Source: a virus
Direction: 5' to 3' (one strand)
Virus record (IMG/VR): IMGVR_UViG_3300009370_000002
DNA: 64,000 nt
This document shows, in pieces, positions 28,600 through 37,863 of this stretch. The notes under the pieces were generated by a model. The model did no database searches. It worked only from the letters and a program-made list of their open reading frames with translations, and was not told the DNA's origin. The position numbers and the translations under genes were made by a program. Position 1 is the first letter of the stretch. Each line of letters begins with the position of its first letter.

Positions 28600-29396
28600 T
28601 GTTCTTGCCTCATAGCTGCCATTTGTTCTCTGATTGCATCAATCAATTGTTCTTCCATCGTTGGGTCTTGAACATCTACGCTTCCAGTATCTCCTTTGCC
28701 CCACACGGCATCTCTATCAGGCGAGGGGCTTTCTCTTTCTGCTTCTAACGATTTATAAGTTACTGGTGGAAGTCTGCTTGTCGGGCCGGACTTATCAGTC
28801 TTTACCATGTTGCCTCTTCTATCTATTGCCCAGTCTCCAACATAAACCCAGTTTTTGCCTATGGAGCCTCCCATAGCATCATGGCCCTTTACCTTGCCAT
28901 GTATATAGCCATATGGTGAAACATAAGCTTCATATTCTCTCCAACTGTCAAGGGATTTATCTCGCATGAAATTAGCAATTTCCCTGGTTGATGAAATTTT
29001 CCTAGATGGAAGATTCTCTTCGGGATATCCTTTCATGATTATTTCCACTGTTGAGCGAGGAGGATCATCATCAGGTAATGAACCCTCCCTTTCATAAGGA
29101 TTCCAAGTTGCCATCTTGTGGCCTGCTCGGGCGTTATCATATACAGCTTGCTTCATATACTCTTCTTTTGTCATCGCCAATCTCTTGTGGGACTTTTCGC
29201 TTGCTGCATCCCATTCTTTCCCGGCAGAGACAGCTATCTGATATGCGGTAGACTTCGGATCAAGTTTTTCCCACCACTTAGCCTCATTTAAAAGTTGAAA
29301 GAAATCAATCTTACTCCAAGGCAATTTGCTTTCAACAACTGCTCTAATTCTTTCTTCTGTCATTATTTTCTTGAGCAATTCGTTTGAAACTTTCAT
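28596..29396 (-). CDS. Hypothetical protein with leader variant (MKVSNELLKKIMTEE)
   Basis: 266-aa ORF; ATGA-coupled at both ends; ends with LIDAIREQ. Confidence 0.7.
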   Translation of the reverse strand: MKVSNELLKKIMTEERIRAVVESKLPWSKIDFFQLLNEAKWWEKLDPKSTAYQIAVSAGKEWDAASEKSHKRLAMTKEEYMKQAVYDNARAGHKMATWNPYEREGSLPDDDPPRSTVEIIMKGYPEENLPSRKISSTREIANFMRDKSLDSWREYEAYVSPYGYIHGKVKGHDAMGGSIGKNWVYVGDWAIDRRGNMVKTDKSGPTSRLPPVTYKSLEAERESPSPDRDAVWGKGDTGSVDVQDPTMEEQLIDAIREQMAAMRQEQ

Positions 29397-29566
29397 TTAC
29401 TCTTTCTCCTTATAAGCTTGTTTGTTTTGGCAATCTCGGAGTGAAGCTCGCTAATTTCTTGTTCTATATTATCCAATCGCATCTGAGTTGTATAATAGAA
29501 GCCACCAAGTATTGCGATTACACTTCCAACTGTTAATGCTGTTTTGATATCAATTTCTGTTTTCAT
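29393..29566 (-). CDS. 57-aa single-TM plus coiled-coil protein (not in the ORF track)
   Basis: Hand translation MKTEIDIKTALTVGSVIAILGGFYYTTQMRLDNIEQEISELHSEIAKTNKLIRRKSK; ATGA overlaps at both ends. Confidence 0.75.
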   Translation of the reverse strand: MKTEIDIKTALTVGSVIAILGGFYYTTQMRLDNIEQEISELHSEIAKTNKLIRRKSK

Positions 29567-29964
29567 CCTTTTTGAATTCCCAATTCTTGTTCTAAAATCC
29601 TATCTATCTCTTCGGGGCTGTGTTTTGCTTTTTGTACCATTTTCTTGATTGCCTCTTTTTGGCTGTGGGTTGTGTTCCACTTGTCTTCTTCATACTTCTC
29701 TTCAATTTTCTTAACCGCTTCAGAGTATCTTTTGTTTGCTTCTTCTCTTTTCTTAATCTCAAGCTCATGCGCTCTCTCAATTGCCTCTTTCTCTTTCTTG
29801 TACTGCTCTTTGGCTAGATTCGCCTGAAGTTTGATGCTACCTGCGCTCCTTCTGCCTAACGTATAAGCAATAACAAAGATAGTTAATAATACTAACCAGC
29901 GCCAATGCTGCCGACAGAAGACACCAGCTATCTTAAGATATTTAAGCGCAGCTAACCAAGTCAC
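29563..29964 (-). CDS. N-terminal TM plus long coiled coil (i-spanin/Rz-like topology)
   Basis: WRWLVLLTIFVIAYTLG then a charged heptad region. Confidence 0.5.
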   Translation of the reverse strand: MTWLAALKYLKIAGVFCRQHWRWLVLLTIFVIAYTLGRRSAGSIKLQANLAKEQYKKEKEAIERAHELEIKKREEANKRYSEAVKKIEEKYEEDKWNTTHSQKEAIKKMVQKAKHSPEEIDRILEQELGIQKG

Positions 29965-31010
29965 ACCCTTGCACCTCTTGCAGCAGCAACCTTCTTTAAG
30001 TCTTCAACCAAGCCAGCGGCTCCACGTTGCTGTTGCCAAGATACCAAATCACCAGTGTTTGCTCGATAACCATCGCCCATGCCAGCATAAGACATCCATT
30101 CACCCCATTGCCTTGCGGCATCTGGGCCTGCGGCTCCTGCTGTATACATCTTGTCGAGTTCAATCATCATGCCGCTCTCAGTCATTCCAGAGAGTTTAAG
30201 ATTCTCAACGATTGACCAAACATCAGTGTCCATCTCCAATACTTCACTGATACCCTCTTCTACCGGGCTACCATACATGTGTGCAGACATGGCTTCATAC
30301 TCTCTACACGCTTTTTCATCACCAGCATCACATTTTGCTTTCATGTCCATTAGGTAATCTTCTTCTCGGGACTGCTCTTGAACCTTCCCAAATTCCTCTC
30401 TTATCATCTGCTTGAGTTGTTCTGAGGTTATGTTCAGCGACTCTTGAAAGCCAAAGAAGCCGGGCTTCTTGGCGTATTGCCCAGCAGCAGTTTTACTTTG
30501 TATCCAATCCATCGTAGATTCAAATTTGCCTTTTTTCCAATCACTTTTGAAATCCTGCATCAACTTTGCAGTTAGTGATTCTGGGCGGTATTTACCAAAA
30601 TCCATTGCACCACCTTCGGCACCAGACTTCAAAAACTTCAACAAATCTGCTTCAGCTTGGGCCTCCAATTTCCTACTATAAGGCACTGAATAGTCTCGTT
30701 CTGGTGCTTTTCTTTTACCGCTGTCTTGAGCTTTGTCAAGCATTTGTCTCATATCTTCTTCTTCGTCTGCTTTGAAAACACCTGATGCGATAGCGTTGGT
30801 ATAAGCCTTTATTATAGCAGCCTTGTCACCAGAATCTCTTGCGAGTGTAATTTTAGCTCTTTGTCTTGATTTCTCAGCTTGCTCTTCTCGGTTAAATTTA
30901 TCCAACTCGGAAGGGACAACATCATCATGTCGCCCACGAGTTTGGAAGTCCATGTCTCCACGGATTGATTCTCTAATCAGTTGCCTAAGTTGTTTGGTTG
31001 TTAATTTCAT
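29961..31010 (-). CDS. Hypothetical protein with shared leader (MKLTTKQLRQLIRES) and an internal second copy
   Basis: Internal LNITSEQLKQMIREEF. Confidence 0.7.
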   Translation of the reverse strand: MKLTTKQLRQLIRESIRGDMDFQTRGRHDDVVPSELDKFNREEQAEKSRQRAKITLARDSGDKAAIIKAYTNAIASGVFKADEEEDMRQMLDKAQDSGKRKAPERDYSVPYSRKLEAQAEADLLKFLKSGAEGGAMDFGKYRPESLTAKLMQDFKSDWKKGKFESTMDWIQSKTAAGQYAKKPGFFGFQESLNITSEQLKQMIREEFGKVQEQSREEDYLMDMKAKCDAGDEKACREYEAMSAHMYGSPVEEGISEVLEMDTDVWSIVENLKLSGMTESGMMIELDKMYTAGAAGPDAARQWGEWMSYAGMGDGYRANTGDLVSWQQQRGAAGLVEDLKKVAAARGARV

Positions 31011-31014
31011 CAGC

Positions 31015-31377
31015 TTATTCCTCCATGTGAGATGCCATTTGGCGTAATGATTCTTGGCTATTGTTTGAAGCTGAAAGGCGCATACCTTTTTGCCTATAAC
31101 CTTGTGCCTTTAGTGCTTCTATTACCTCACCCAAGTCTCCGCCGCCCATACCACTAGGGTAGTATTGTGAGCCGCGACTTTGTTCTGGTTCGATAATTCC
31201 GATGACGCCATTGTTATAATCATACTGTCCAAAACTCTGTGGTTTTCCAGAAACGCCACCGACAACTCCATATCTAAAGTCATACTTCATCATCTTATCA
31301 ACGTCCTGCGCTCTGCCCATCATTTCGTTGAGTTCTTCTTTAATAATCTGTTTAAGTTGTTTTTGTGTCAATTTCAT
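31015..31377 (-). CDS. Hypothetical protein with shared leader (MKLTQKQLKQIIKEELNE)
   Basis: Start moved to ATG 31377. Confidence 0.7.
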   Translation of the reverse strand: MKLTQKQLKQIIKEELNEMMGRAQDVDKMMKYDFRYGVVGGVSGKPQSFGQYDYNNGVIGIIEPEQSRGSQYYPSGMGGGDLGEVIEALKAQGYRQKGMRLSASNNSQESLRQMASHMEE

Positions 31378-31655
31378 CACATTTGCCCTCCATTTTTCCA
31401 AACTTTAACCATATCGATGACAGATTGTCCACCGACATAAATCATCGCAATCAAGCCCCATGTGTCTGGGTCCAAGTCTGCCCAGACAAGAAGTCCAGTT
31501 GCAACCAAGAACACGAACAGCTTTCGTGAAATTGCCTTTGAAAGGATAACGTCCATTACCCCAACCTTGTTAACTAAGTCTACGGCTTCACAGCCGGTGC
31601 AGTCTTGCACATCACAATGTGCCTCTTCTACTTCAACATCATTTTGTTCGCTCAT
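31377..31655 (-). CDS. Putative holin-like membrane protein
   Basis: SRKLFVFLVATGLLVW and WGLIAMIYVGGQSVIDMVK, two TM segments; Cys/His-containing acidic N-terminus. Confidence 0.5.
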   Translation of the reverse strand: MSEQNDVEVEEAHCDVQDCTGCEAVDLVNKVGVMDVILSKAISRKLFVFLVATGLLVWADLDPDTWGLIAMIYVGGQSVIDMVKVWKNGGQM

Positions 31656-31936
31656 TATTTATTCCTCTTTTTTGATTCTTGCATCATTCCGCCCATGGCC
31701 ATTTCCAAAGCTTGCATGATACTTCCTTCCCTTGGGGGTTGGATGTTTTTCGCAGCTTGTGAGCTATCAAGAAGCTGTTTAAACTCAGCAGCAAGTTGTT
31801 GGATAGCTTGTTGATCAAAACCTTGTGCGGCTCTGTGGGTGTGTCCTGTCCATGTCTCATGCCCTTCACCAATAGAGTGCTTCAATTCTTCTTTGATAAT
31901 CTCTTTCAGTTGTTCTGCTGTTAACTTCATCGGCAT
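31655..31936 (-). CDS. Hypothetical protein with shared leader (MKLTAEQLKEIIKEELKH)
   Basis: SD AAGGAG; leader motif. Confidence 0.7.
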   Translation of the reverse strand: MPMKLTAEQLKEIIKEELKHSIGEGHETWTGHTHRAAQGFDQQAIQQLAAEFKQLLDSSQAAKNIQPPREGSIMQALEMAMGGMMQESKKRNK

Positions 31937-31941
31937 TCTCC

Positions 31942-34900
31942 TTATACATTTACCTTTGCGTAACCATCGACTTTGTCTATGTCGATTGTCATGTCCACAA
32001 CGTCCTTCAAAGAGTCAAGATGAGAGATTAATATTACAGTCTTGAATTGATTCTTAATGATTCGTAAAAGATTTGTAAAACCTTCCATATGTTCTTGGTC
32101 TAAAGCCGTAGCAGGTTCATCAAGTATAAATAGTTCGCTTTTTGGCAAATTTGTTATTGAAATCAAAGCTAAACGTATTGCCATCGATGCAAGTGTCTTT
32201 TCTGCTCCTGAGCCCATTGATAGTGGGCGAGGATCATAGTATGGGTGCTTGATGTTTATATCGAGCTTATCACCGCTTGATTCAAAGAACACTTCAAACT
32301 CCACAATATTGCTGAGTATCTTTGCTATCTCTTCATTAAGAAGAGGGAGCTTTTGCTTAATGATGTTGTAGGGTATGCCGTTAGGATGCATACACTGCAT
32401 AAATAAGTCATATGCAACCCACTCTTCCTCGATAGTCTCAAGCTCTTTCTTGTTTGCCTGTAGTGACTTGAGGGTTGCTTGTGCTGCTCCTTGTTCGACA
32501 AGAAACTTGGTTATCTTATCTTGACACTTATCGTATTGTTCCTTCTTCTGTCTTACTGTTTTTTCTATAGCGGTTCGTTCTCGAATTAAAGTCCCAAGAT
32601 TTTCGATAGCCTCTCGGTTGTCTTCATACTCTTCTACCTTGGCATCAAGTTCAGCAATTTCATTAACCAACAGTTTAACTTTGTTTTGGTTTGAAGTGAG
32701 AGTTAGGCTCCTTGTCTCAATCAGTCTTTGAGCCTTCTCAATCTGAACTTGATAATCATGATACTCAGTCATCCTGATATCGACAGTTTGTATGTCTAGG
32801 GCGTCGAAATCGCTTATTAAATCAGCTTTCATGCTCTCAAGGTGCCCTAGCCTAGCTTTAACATTTGGAAGCGATTTTTCGGCGTTTTTGGCGTCCTTAA
32901 CAAACTTGTTATCAGAGCAGTATTTACAATTCGGATCATACTTGTGGTTGTGAAGCATGTTGATTTTGTCCACCAAGTTGTTGCGGTCTTGCAACAGCGT
33001 AGATGCTGTATCTCTAATCCTGGCTATGTCGTTCTTTATTTCGTTTGCCTCTTCCTTAATGGAGAGCAAATCCTCCATGTCAATCTTCTTGACATTTTCT
33101 TGACAACTTTCTAATGACTCCTTCGCAGATTGTATTTCTGCTTCAATATTTGTGTTGTTTTGCAAGAGCATTGTGCGGCTTCTTGATTTTTGATTTATTG
33201 TCTTATTGACACCATCTATATCAATTATTTCAGCAGGTATGCTATCAATCTTATTGACAACTTCAGATAACTCCTGTAGAAGCTCTTCTTTGCGAACTTG
33301 CATGATGGAACAAATATTTCTTTGTTTCTCAATATCTTCAGCTACCTCTTCAAGAATTTCAACATTCTTTTGAATCTCCTTATCCCAAGGCTTCTCATTT
33401 AGCTTTTTAATAAGCCCTTTCATTTCTGCTGCATCTTTTTTGGCAAGCTTAAACTTCTTATCAAACACTTGCAAATCAAGAAACTTCGCAAGAATCTCTT
33501 TGCGCTTTGTCACGCCCTCTTTAACAAAGGAGAGAGAGTCAAGCTGGGATGACATGGATGTCAATAAGAAATCCTCCATTGTCCCAAACCGTTTGCGGAT
33601 ATTAGCATCCGTTTGATTTCTGGTTGTGCCATTCATACTTTCATCTTCGGAAATTAGCGAAAAGTCTAAATCGACTTTTGCCTCGATGGTTTCCTTTCCT
33701 CGCAATCGCTTTTTGTATTTCTCAAGGTTGCGGCATACTTGGTACGTCTTATCTCCGATATCAATTTGAACTTTACCCTTGGCTCTCTCTCGATTTTGGT
33801 TAATTACGTGGACGTTTTTCCTTTCACCTTTTGATGTTGAATTAAACAACGTGAATAAGAGGCTATCAATAATGCTAGACTTTCCGGAGTAATTACGGCC
33901 GAAGATTCCAACAAGTCCTCTGAGGTTTTCGAAGTTGACACTGTTTTTTTCACTATAGTTGAACAGGTTGTCCCATTCGAGCTTTTTGATTTTCCAAATA
34001 ACATTTCTTGATATCTCCTCGCCTTGTTCGGCTAAAATGTTATACTTTTTATTGTATTCGAGTACTTTGTCTATTACGGAGGTTTGAAGCTCCATTTCCG
34101 ATAAGTAGTCACGTATATGCTTTTCTTGCACAGATATATTTCTTAAGTTTTCTGAAATAACACTATTGGCATAATTTCCATCATCATGATGAGAGTGGGA
34201 CTCCTTCCCATTAAGAGTTGTAACCGAAAACGGATTCCATCTTGCTTCAGCAATTGCTCTTGCCTTTCTAAGCTTATCTGACGGGAGATTCGTTCTTGAT
34301 ACTATTCTTAAGCGGCAGTTCCTAGGGGCATGGGCGTCATCAGGGAATGATCCATCCTTATTAAGCCTGACGGTGATGAATGGCCTGGGATTAGATATAT
34401 GAACACTCTTGACATTAAAATCATCTTTGTTCTGTATCTTCCACAAAAGGTAGCCCTTTTGGGGAGACTCTGAAAACTTCTGTTGAATTGTGGAACCACA
34501 ATACCGAACTCTACCCTCAGTGTCTAACGATTGTTGTCTGTGGATGTCGCCGAGCATTGTGTAATCAAAATCTCTGAAAATTGAAATATCATCGTCTCCA
34601 ACATCCATTGTCCAATTCGCCCCTGTCTTAGAGCCTGCTATTGCTCCATGATAAAGAGCAACATTAACTTTGTGCGCCTGTGTTGGCTTTATCCAGTTGC
34701 CTCTGTCAAAGATTGACAACACGTTGAGACACAAACCATCATCAATGTGAATTTCACCAGAGTCCTTCATAAGGTGAAGCCTAGGGTGATTTAGTGCATT
34801 AACTATTGGCGTAAGGGCATCCTGCCTACTGTCGTTCTTAAGGTTGCCATCATGGTTTCCGAGAATGACATATGTCGGAGCTATGTTTGCCAAAGACGAC

Positions 34901-35094
34901 AAAAACTCAGCGCAAAGTTGAAAGTACTCTGGGCTGAGTTGTGTTTTTGTGTGGGCGATGTCGCCGCAATGAACAATGCAATCAGGTTGCTCTGCTACTA
35001 AGGACTCATACAAATTGCGAAATGCAATTCTGTATTCATCGTGATATTTCAAATTGCGAATATGAGTATCCGCCAAGTGTGCTATTGTATACAT
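31942..35094 (-). CDS. Fused Mre11/SbcD nuclease - Rad50/SbcC ATPase (T4 gp47-gp46-like)
   Basis: Metallophosphoesterase motifs ADTH, GD, GNHD, GDIH; Walker A GRNYSGKSS; zinc hook CKYC; signature MGSGAE; Walker B ILDEP; H-loop LISH. Confidence 0.93.
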   Translation of the reverse strand: MYTIAHLADTHIRNLKYHDEYRIAFRNLYESLVAEQPDCIVHCGDIAHTKTQLSPEYFQLCAEFLSSLANIAPTYVILGNHDGNLKNDSRQDALTPIVNALNHPRLHLMKDSGEIHIDDGLCLNVLSIFDRGNWIKPTQAHKVNVALYHGAIAGSKTGANWTMDVGDDDISIFRDFDYTMLGDIHRQQSLDTEGRVRYCGSTIQQKFSESPQKGYLLWKIQNKDDFNVKSVHISNPRPFITVRLNKDGSFPDDAHAPRNCRLRIVSRTNLPSDKLRKARAIAEARWNPFSVTTLNGKESHSHHDDGNYANSVISENLRNISVQEKHIRDYLSEMELQTSVIDKVLEYNKKYNILAEQGEEISRNVIWKIKKLEWDNLFNYSEKNSVNFENLRGLVGIFGRNYSGKSSIIDSLLFTLFNSTSKGERKNVHVINQNRERAKGKVQIDIGDKTYQVCRNLEKYKKRLRGKETIEAKVDLDFSLISEDESMNGTTRNQTDANIRKRFGTMEDFLLTSMSSQLDSLSFVKEGVTKRKEILAKFLDLQVFDKKFKLAKKDAAEMKGLIKKLNEKPWDKEIQKNVEILEEVAEDIEKQRNICSIMQVRKEELLQELSEVVNKIDSIPAEIIDIDGVNKTINQKSRSRTMLLQNNTNIEAEIQSAKESLESCQENVKKIDMEDLLSIKEEANEIKNDIARIRDTASTLLQDRNNLVDKINMLHNHKYDPNCKYCSDNKFVKDAKNAEKSLPNVKARLGHLESMKADLISDFDALDIQTVDIRMTEYHDYQVQIEKAQRLIETRSLTLTSNQNKVKLLVNEIAELDAKVEEYEDNREAIENLGTLIRERTAIEKTVRQKKEQYDKCQDKITKFLVEQGAAQATLKSLQANKKELETIEEEWVAYDLFMQCMHPNGIPYNIIKQKLPLLNEEIAKILSNIVEFEVFFESSGDKLDINIKHPYYDPRPLSMGSGAEKTLASMAIRLALISITNLPKSELFILDEPATALDQEHMEGFTNLLRIIKNQFKTVILISHLDSLKDVVDMTIDIDKVDGYAKVNV

Positions 35095-35282
35095 TAATCC
35101 TCCGGGTTAAGTTTCTTTTCCATCATGTTCATGGTTCGCTTTATTATTGGAAGCGCGCCCTTAAGAACATGATAGTGCTCTTCATTATCCAATATCGCCA
35201 TCGTCATCATTATTATCTGGCGATATATGCCTTTCAGTTTCATATAGTCTCGTTCCAAGTACTCTTTGTCTTTATTCATCAT
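35094..35282 (-). CDS. Hypothetical protein (62 aa)
   Basis: Coupled ORF. Confidence 0.55.
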   Translation of the reverse strand: MMNKDKEYLERDYMKLKGIYRQIIMMTMAILDNEEHYHVLKGALPIIKRTMNMMEKKLNPED

Positions 35283-35500
35283 GCCTCCCTGAAGATTCTT
35301 ATATAACCTTCCATTGTTGTTATGCCACCAACATGGTAGCCCAAATCATATTGGTTGATTATCTTTGATACAATCGTTTTTAATCGGCTTGAGTTGCCTG
35401 TTATAATTTTCATTTCCTTACCCCAATTGGTATTGATAAACTTATGGCATTTGTGTGGTACGTCTTCATATCTCACGCCATGTAAGTCCAATTCATTCAC
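35279..35500 (-). CDS. Stand-alone Smr-domain protein
   Basis: ELDLHG...IITG motif pair typical of Smr domains; 73 aa. Confidence 0.7.
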   Translation of the reverse strand: MNELDLHGVRYEDVPHKCHKFINTNWGKEMKIITGNSSRLKTIVSKIINQYDLGYHVGGITTMEGYIRIFREA

Positions 35501-36435
35501 ATTATTCTCCTTAGCTCATCCATCAAGAAATAGTCATCATGGTCAATTGCTTGAGCCATCTGTTTTCGAGACAAAAAAGTACGTAGCGGCATTTCGGCGA
35601 TGTCCTCAAAGCCACTCGTATCAATCTTATAGAGTTCTATATCATAGTATAACATATTTTTGATGATTTGTCCAGTCTTTTTTTCAGCATCTTTGTCAAA
35701 TGCCATGTAGACTGGTGTATCGTTGAGGGCAATAGCTTGGAATAGTTTTGTCTTGTCTCGGAGAGTTGAGCCCAGAACGGGGATAGCGTTTTCCCCAGCC
35801 GCTATGGCATCAAAAACGCCTTCTACGAGAGTGATGGGCTCATCCCAGTCTACGTGGAGTTCGTTGAAAATAATGTCCTTCTCAGCCGGGGGGTTGAGGT
35901 ATCTCCACTTATGTCCAACATAGGAACGAGCGATGAAATAATTCACATCTCCGTTGTTATTGAAGGAGGGGATGATGATCCTGCCTCCATATCTACCCTC
36001 TGCACAATAGCCAATCTTCCATCGGAGAATCTCCTTCTTTGTGATGTCTCTGCTCTTGAGATAATCGAGAGCTTTCTTGGATGAACGAGGCAGATGTTTG
36101 TTGCAGAGCGAGATAAACTCCTCGGGGAGAGGAACCGTCTGTTCTTCCTCTATGTTATTGATTTCATTGAAGATTTCGTCAAACTCTGATAAGTCGAGTC
36201 TACCTTCAAGTTCAAGCCACTTCTGTCTCTGCTGGTATGATCCGAATTTGCGAACGATACGATAAGCGTTCTTGCCTCGCCTGTCGCAAACCCAACAATG
36301 CCAACCTCGCTTGAGATTGATTGCAAGCTTCTTCTTGTGATGATTGCAATACGGACAATGATAGTAGAGTTCTCCACCTTGAGGGGTGTTGGGCCTTCCA
36401 AGAATGTCCGATAATATTCTAATCTTTTGTTCCAT
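35497..36435 (-). CDS. DNA primase (DnaG/gp61-like)
   Basis: Zinc finger CPYCNHH...HCWVC; RIIIPS; TOPRIM EGVFDAI and FDKDA. Confidence 0.92.
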   Translation of the reverse strand: MEQKIRILSDILGRPNTPQGGELYYHCPYCNHHKKKLAINLKRGWHCWVCDRRGKNAYRIVRKFGSYQQRQKWLELEGRLDLSEFDEIFNEINNIEEEQTVPLPEEFISLCNKHLPRSSKKALDYLKSRDITKKEILRWKIGYCAEGRYGGRIIIPSFNNNGDVNYFIARSYVGHKWRYLNPPAEKDIIFNELHVDWDEPITLVEGVFDAIAAGENAIPVLGSTLRDKTKLFQAIALNDTPVYMAFDKDAEKKTGQIIKNMLYYDIELYKIDTSGFEDIAEMPLRTFLSRKQMAQAIDHDDYFLMDELRRIM

Positions 36436-36604
36436 TTATCACCTCCAAGTTTTCCACTCGTACTATTTCAACTCTTCCATCTGTCATAAGAACATAAGCC
36501 GCCACACAATACACAACATCCTGTATCTCTGTAACTATACCAATACGGCCATCATTCCCGTTGGGAACCCACTGATCACATTTTACCAAATCACCTATCT
36601 TCAC
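36419..36604 (-). CDS. MKIGDLV-family small SH3/KOW-like protein, copy 1
   Basis: GTG start; KIGDLVK...GIVT...LEVIN. Confidence 0.75.
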   Translation of the reverse strand: MKIGDLVKCDQWVPNGNDGRIGIVTEIQDVVYCVAAYVLMTDGRVEIVRVENLEVINGTKD

Positions 36605-36987
36605 TTATCACCTCCATCCGGTTCTTTTTCTACTCTATAGAAGGCAACAACATCATAAATATCGTTGCATGTCTGACCGTGTGCATATGCAATACCTCGC
36701 CAATTGCAATCGCCTACATCTGTGTCTGGGTGGCAATCTCTTTTGATTTCGCCCATAGAAGTCTCAACCCAACAATCTAGATGATCGACATCACATTGCA
36801 CCGCACTAATAGTTACTGATGCGCCCGGATAACCCTCCTCTGCCATTTCTTCATACTCTTCACATTCCCAAGTAACGTCTGATATATATACTGCTTCATA
36901 ACCTGGATGGTATGAAGACGTAGGAATATAGAACCCTTCACATGATGATAGTACCAATGATGCTATAATATATTTATCTATTTTCAT
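36601..36987 (-). CDS. Putative Cys-rich lipoprotein
   Basis: Lipobox-like LSSC after a hydrophobic stretch; six further Cys. Confidence 0.6.
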   Translation of the reverse strand: MKIDKYIIASLVLSSCEGFYIPTSSYHPGYEAVYISDVTWECEEYEEMAEEGYPGASVTISAVQCDVDHLDCWVETSMGEIKRDCHPDTDVGDCNWRGIAYAHGQTCNDIYDVVAFYRVEKEPDGGDK

Positions 36988-37196
36988 TTTTTCCTCCCAA
37001 CTGCGATTACGTCACCCTCTTTGCACTTACGAGAGTAGACATGTATTGTCGTGGGCGAGTACTTATGAAACAAAGAATCATAAATCTCGATTGTGCATAC
37101 GCCCTTTTCTGCTTTGTCTACTGTTCCTATGATTGTGTATTCAACCTTGGGCTTTGAGTGCGCCAAGCATCCCACAAATAATAATATGTTAATCAT
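36984..37196 (-). CDS. Putative small lipoprotein
   Basis: MINILLFVGC; two further Cys. Confidence 0.55.
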   Translation of the reverse strand: MINILLFVGCLAHSKPKVEYTIIGTVDKAEKGVCTIEIYDSLFHKYSPTTIHVYSRKCKEGDVIAVGRKK

Positions 37197-37377
37197 TTAT
37201 CACCTCCAAATCTTGACCAAACTTGAATACTGTGCCGCCATCGGCAATCCAATAAACCTTCCAACCATATTCTCGTGAACGAGCAATGATGACTCCAACT
37301 CGGTTTTCAACCTCTTGGGGGCTGTACTCGACATTTTTCCATTTCTTCCTTAGTTTTACCAAATCACCGATTTTCAT
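37189..37377 (-). CDS. MKIGDLV-family protein, copy 2
   Basis: MKIGDLVK...VGVII...WKVYW...LEVIND; start at ATG 37377. Confidence 0.75.
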   Translation of the reverse strand: MKIGDLVKLRKKWKNVEYSPQEVENRVGVIIARSREYGWKVYWIADGGTVFKFGQDLEVIND

Positions 37378-37537
37378 TTTCAAAATAACCCCCCGTAACC
37401 ACCTCTAAGTTGGTAAAGTAAGTCCACTTAATATTAGCGGTTTCCGACTCATAAATATGTATCACATGTCCGTCTATAGCCACAACTATGCCAATGGCAT
37501 TACTGCGTTTCCAGCGCACTAAATCACCCACCTTCAT
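37364..37537 (-). CDS. MKIGDLV-family protein, copy 3 (57 aa, not in the ORF track)
   Basis: Hand translation MKVGDLVRWKRSNAIGIVVAIDGHVIHIYESETANIKWTYFTNLEVVTGGYFENENR. Confidence 0.75.
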   Translation of the reverse strand: MKVGDLVRWKRSNAIGIVVAIDGHVIHIYESETANIKWTYFTNLEVVTGGYFENENR

Positions 37538-37709
37538 TGACTACCTCCAAATATTCTATTTTGTATTTTGAGTGCCCTCCGTGGCACCAAACAACCCAAA
37601 CTATTTCATCTATATGGGTGCCGCCCTGTCTTGGCCAATGTTCCCTTCTTGATGTCACCACACCAATCCTATGGAAATACTTACACCTTACTAAGTCTCC
37701 GATTTTCAT
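37524..37709 (-). CDS. MKIGDLV-family protein, copy 4
   Basis: MKIGDLVR...IGVVT...VVW...LEVVNE. Confidence 0.75.
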   Translation of the reverse strand: MKIGDLVRCKYFHRIGVVTSRREHWPRQGGTHIDEIVWVVWCHGGHSKYKIEYLEVVNEGG

Positions 37710-37863
37710 TTATCTTCTCCATGTGCTTTTCAGGCGCCATTATCATTATAAGATTTTCAATCATGGCAATCACCCACCACCTTGTATCTCTATCACGAAT
37801 ACTATACTTATTTAATATAATAGCATAACCACCATTATAACGAACCAAATCACCGATTTTCAC
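37681..37863 (-). CDS. MKIGDLV-family protein, copy 5
   Basis: GTG start; KIGDLVR...MEKINE. Confidence 0.7.
   Translation of the reverse strand: MKIGDLVRYNGGYAIILNKYSIRDRDTRWWVIAMIENLIMIMAPEKHMEKINENRRLSKV

Noticed and set aside
25143-36435. Inteins or group I introns in terminase, Mre11-Rad50 or primase
   Set aside because: Protein lengths are normal, motifs are contiguous, and no C...HN splice junctions or homing-endonuclease motifs were seen.
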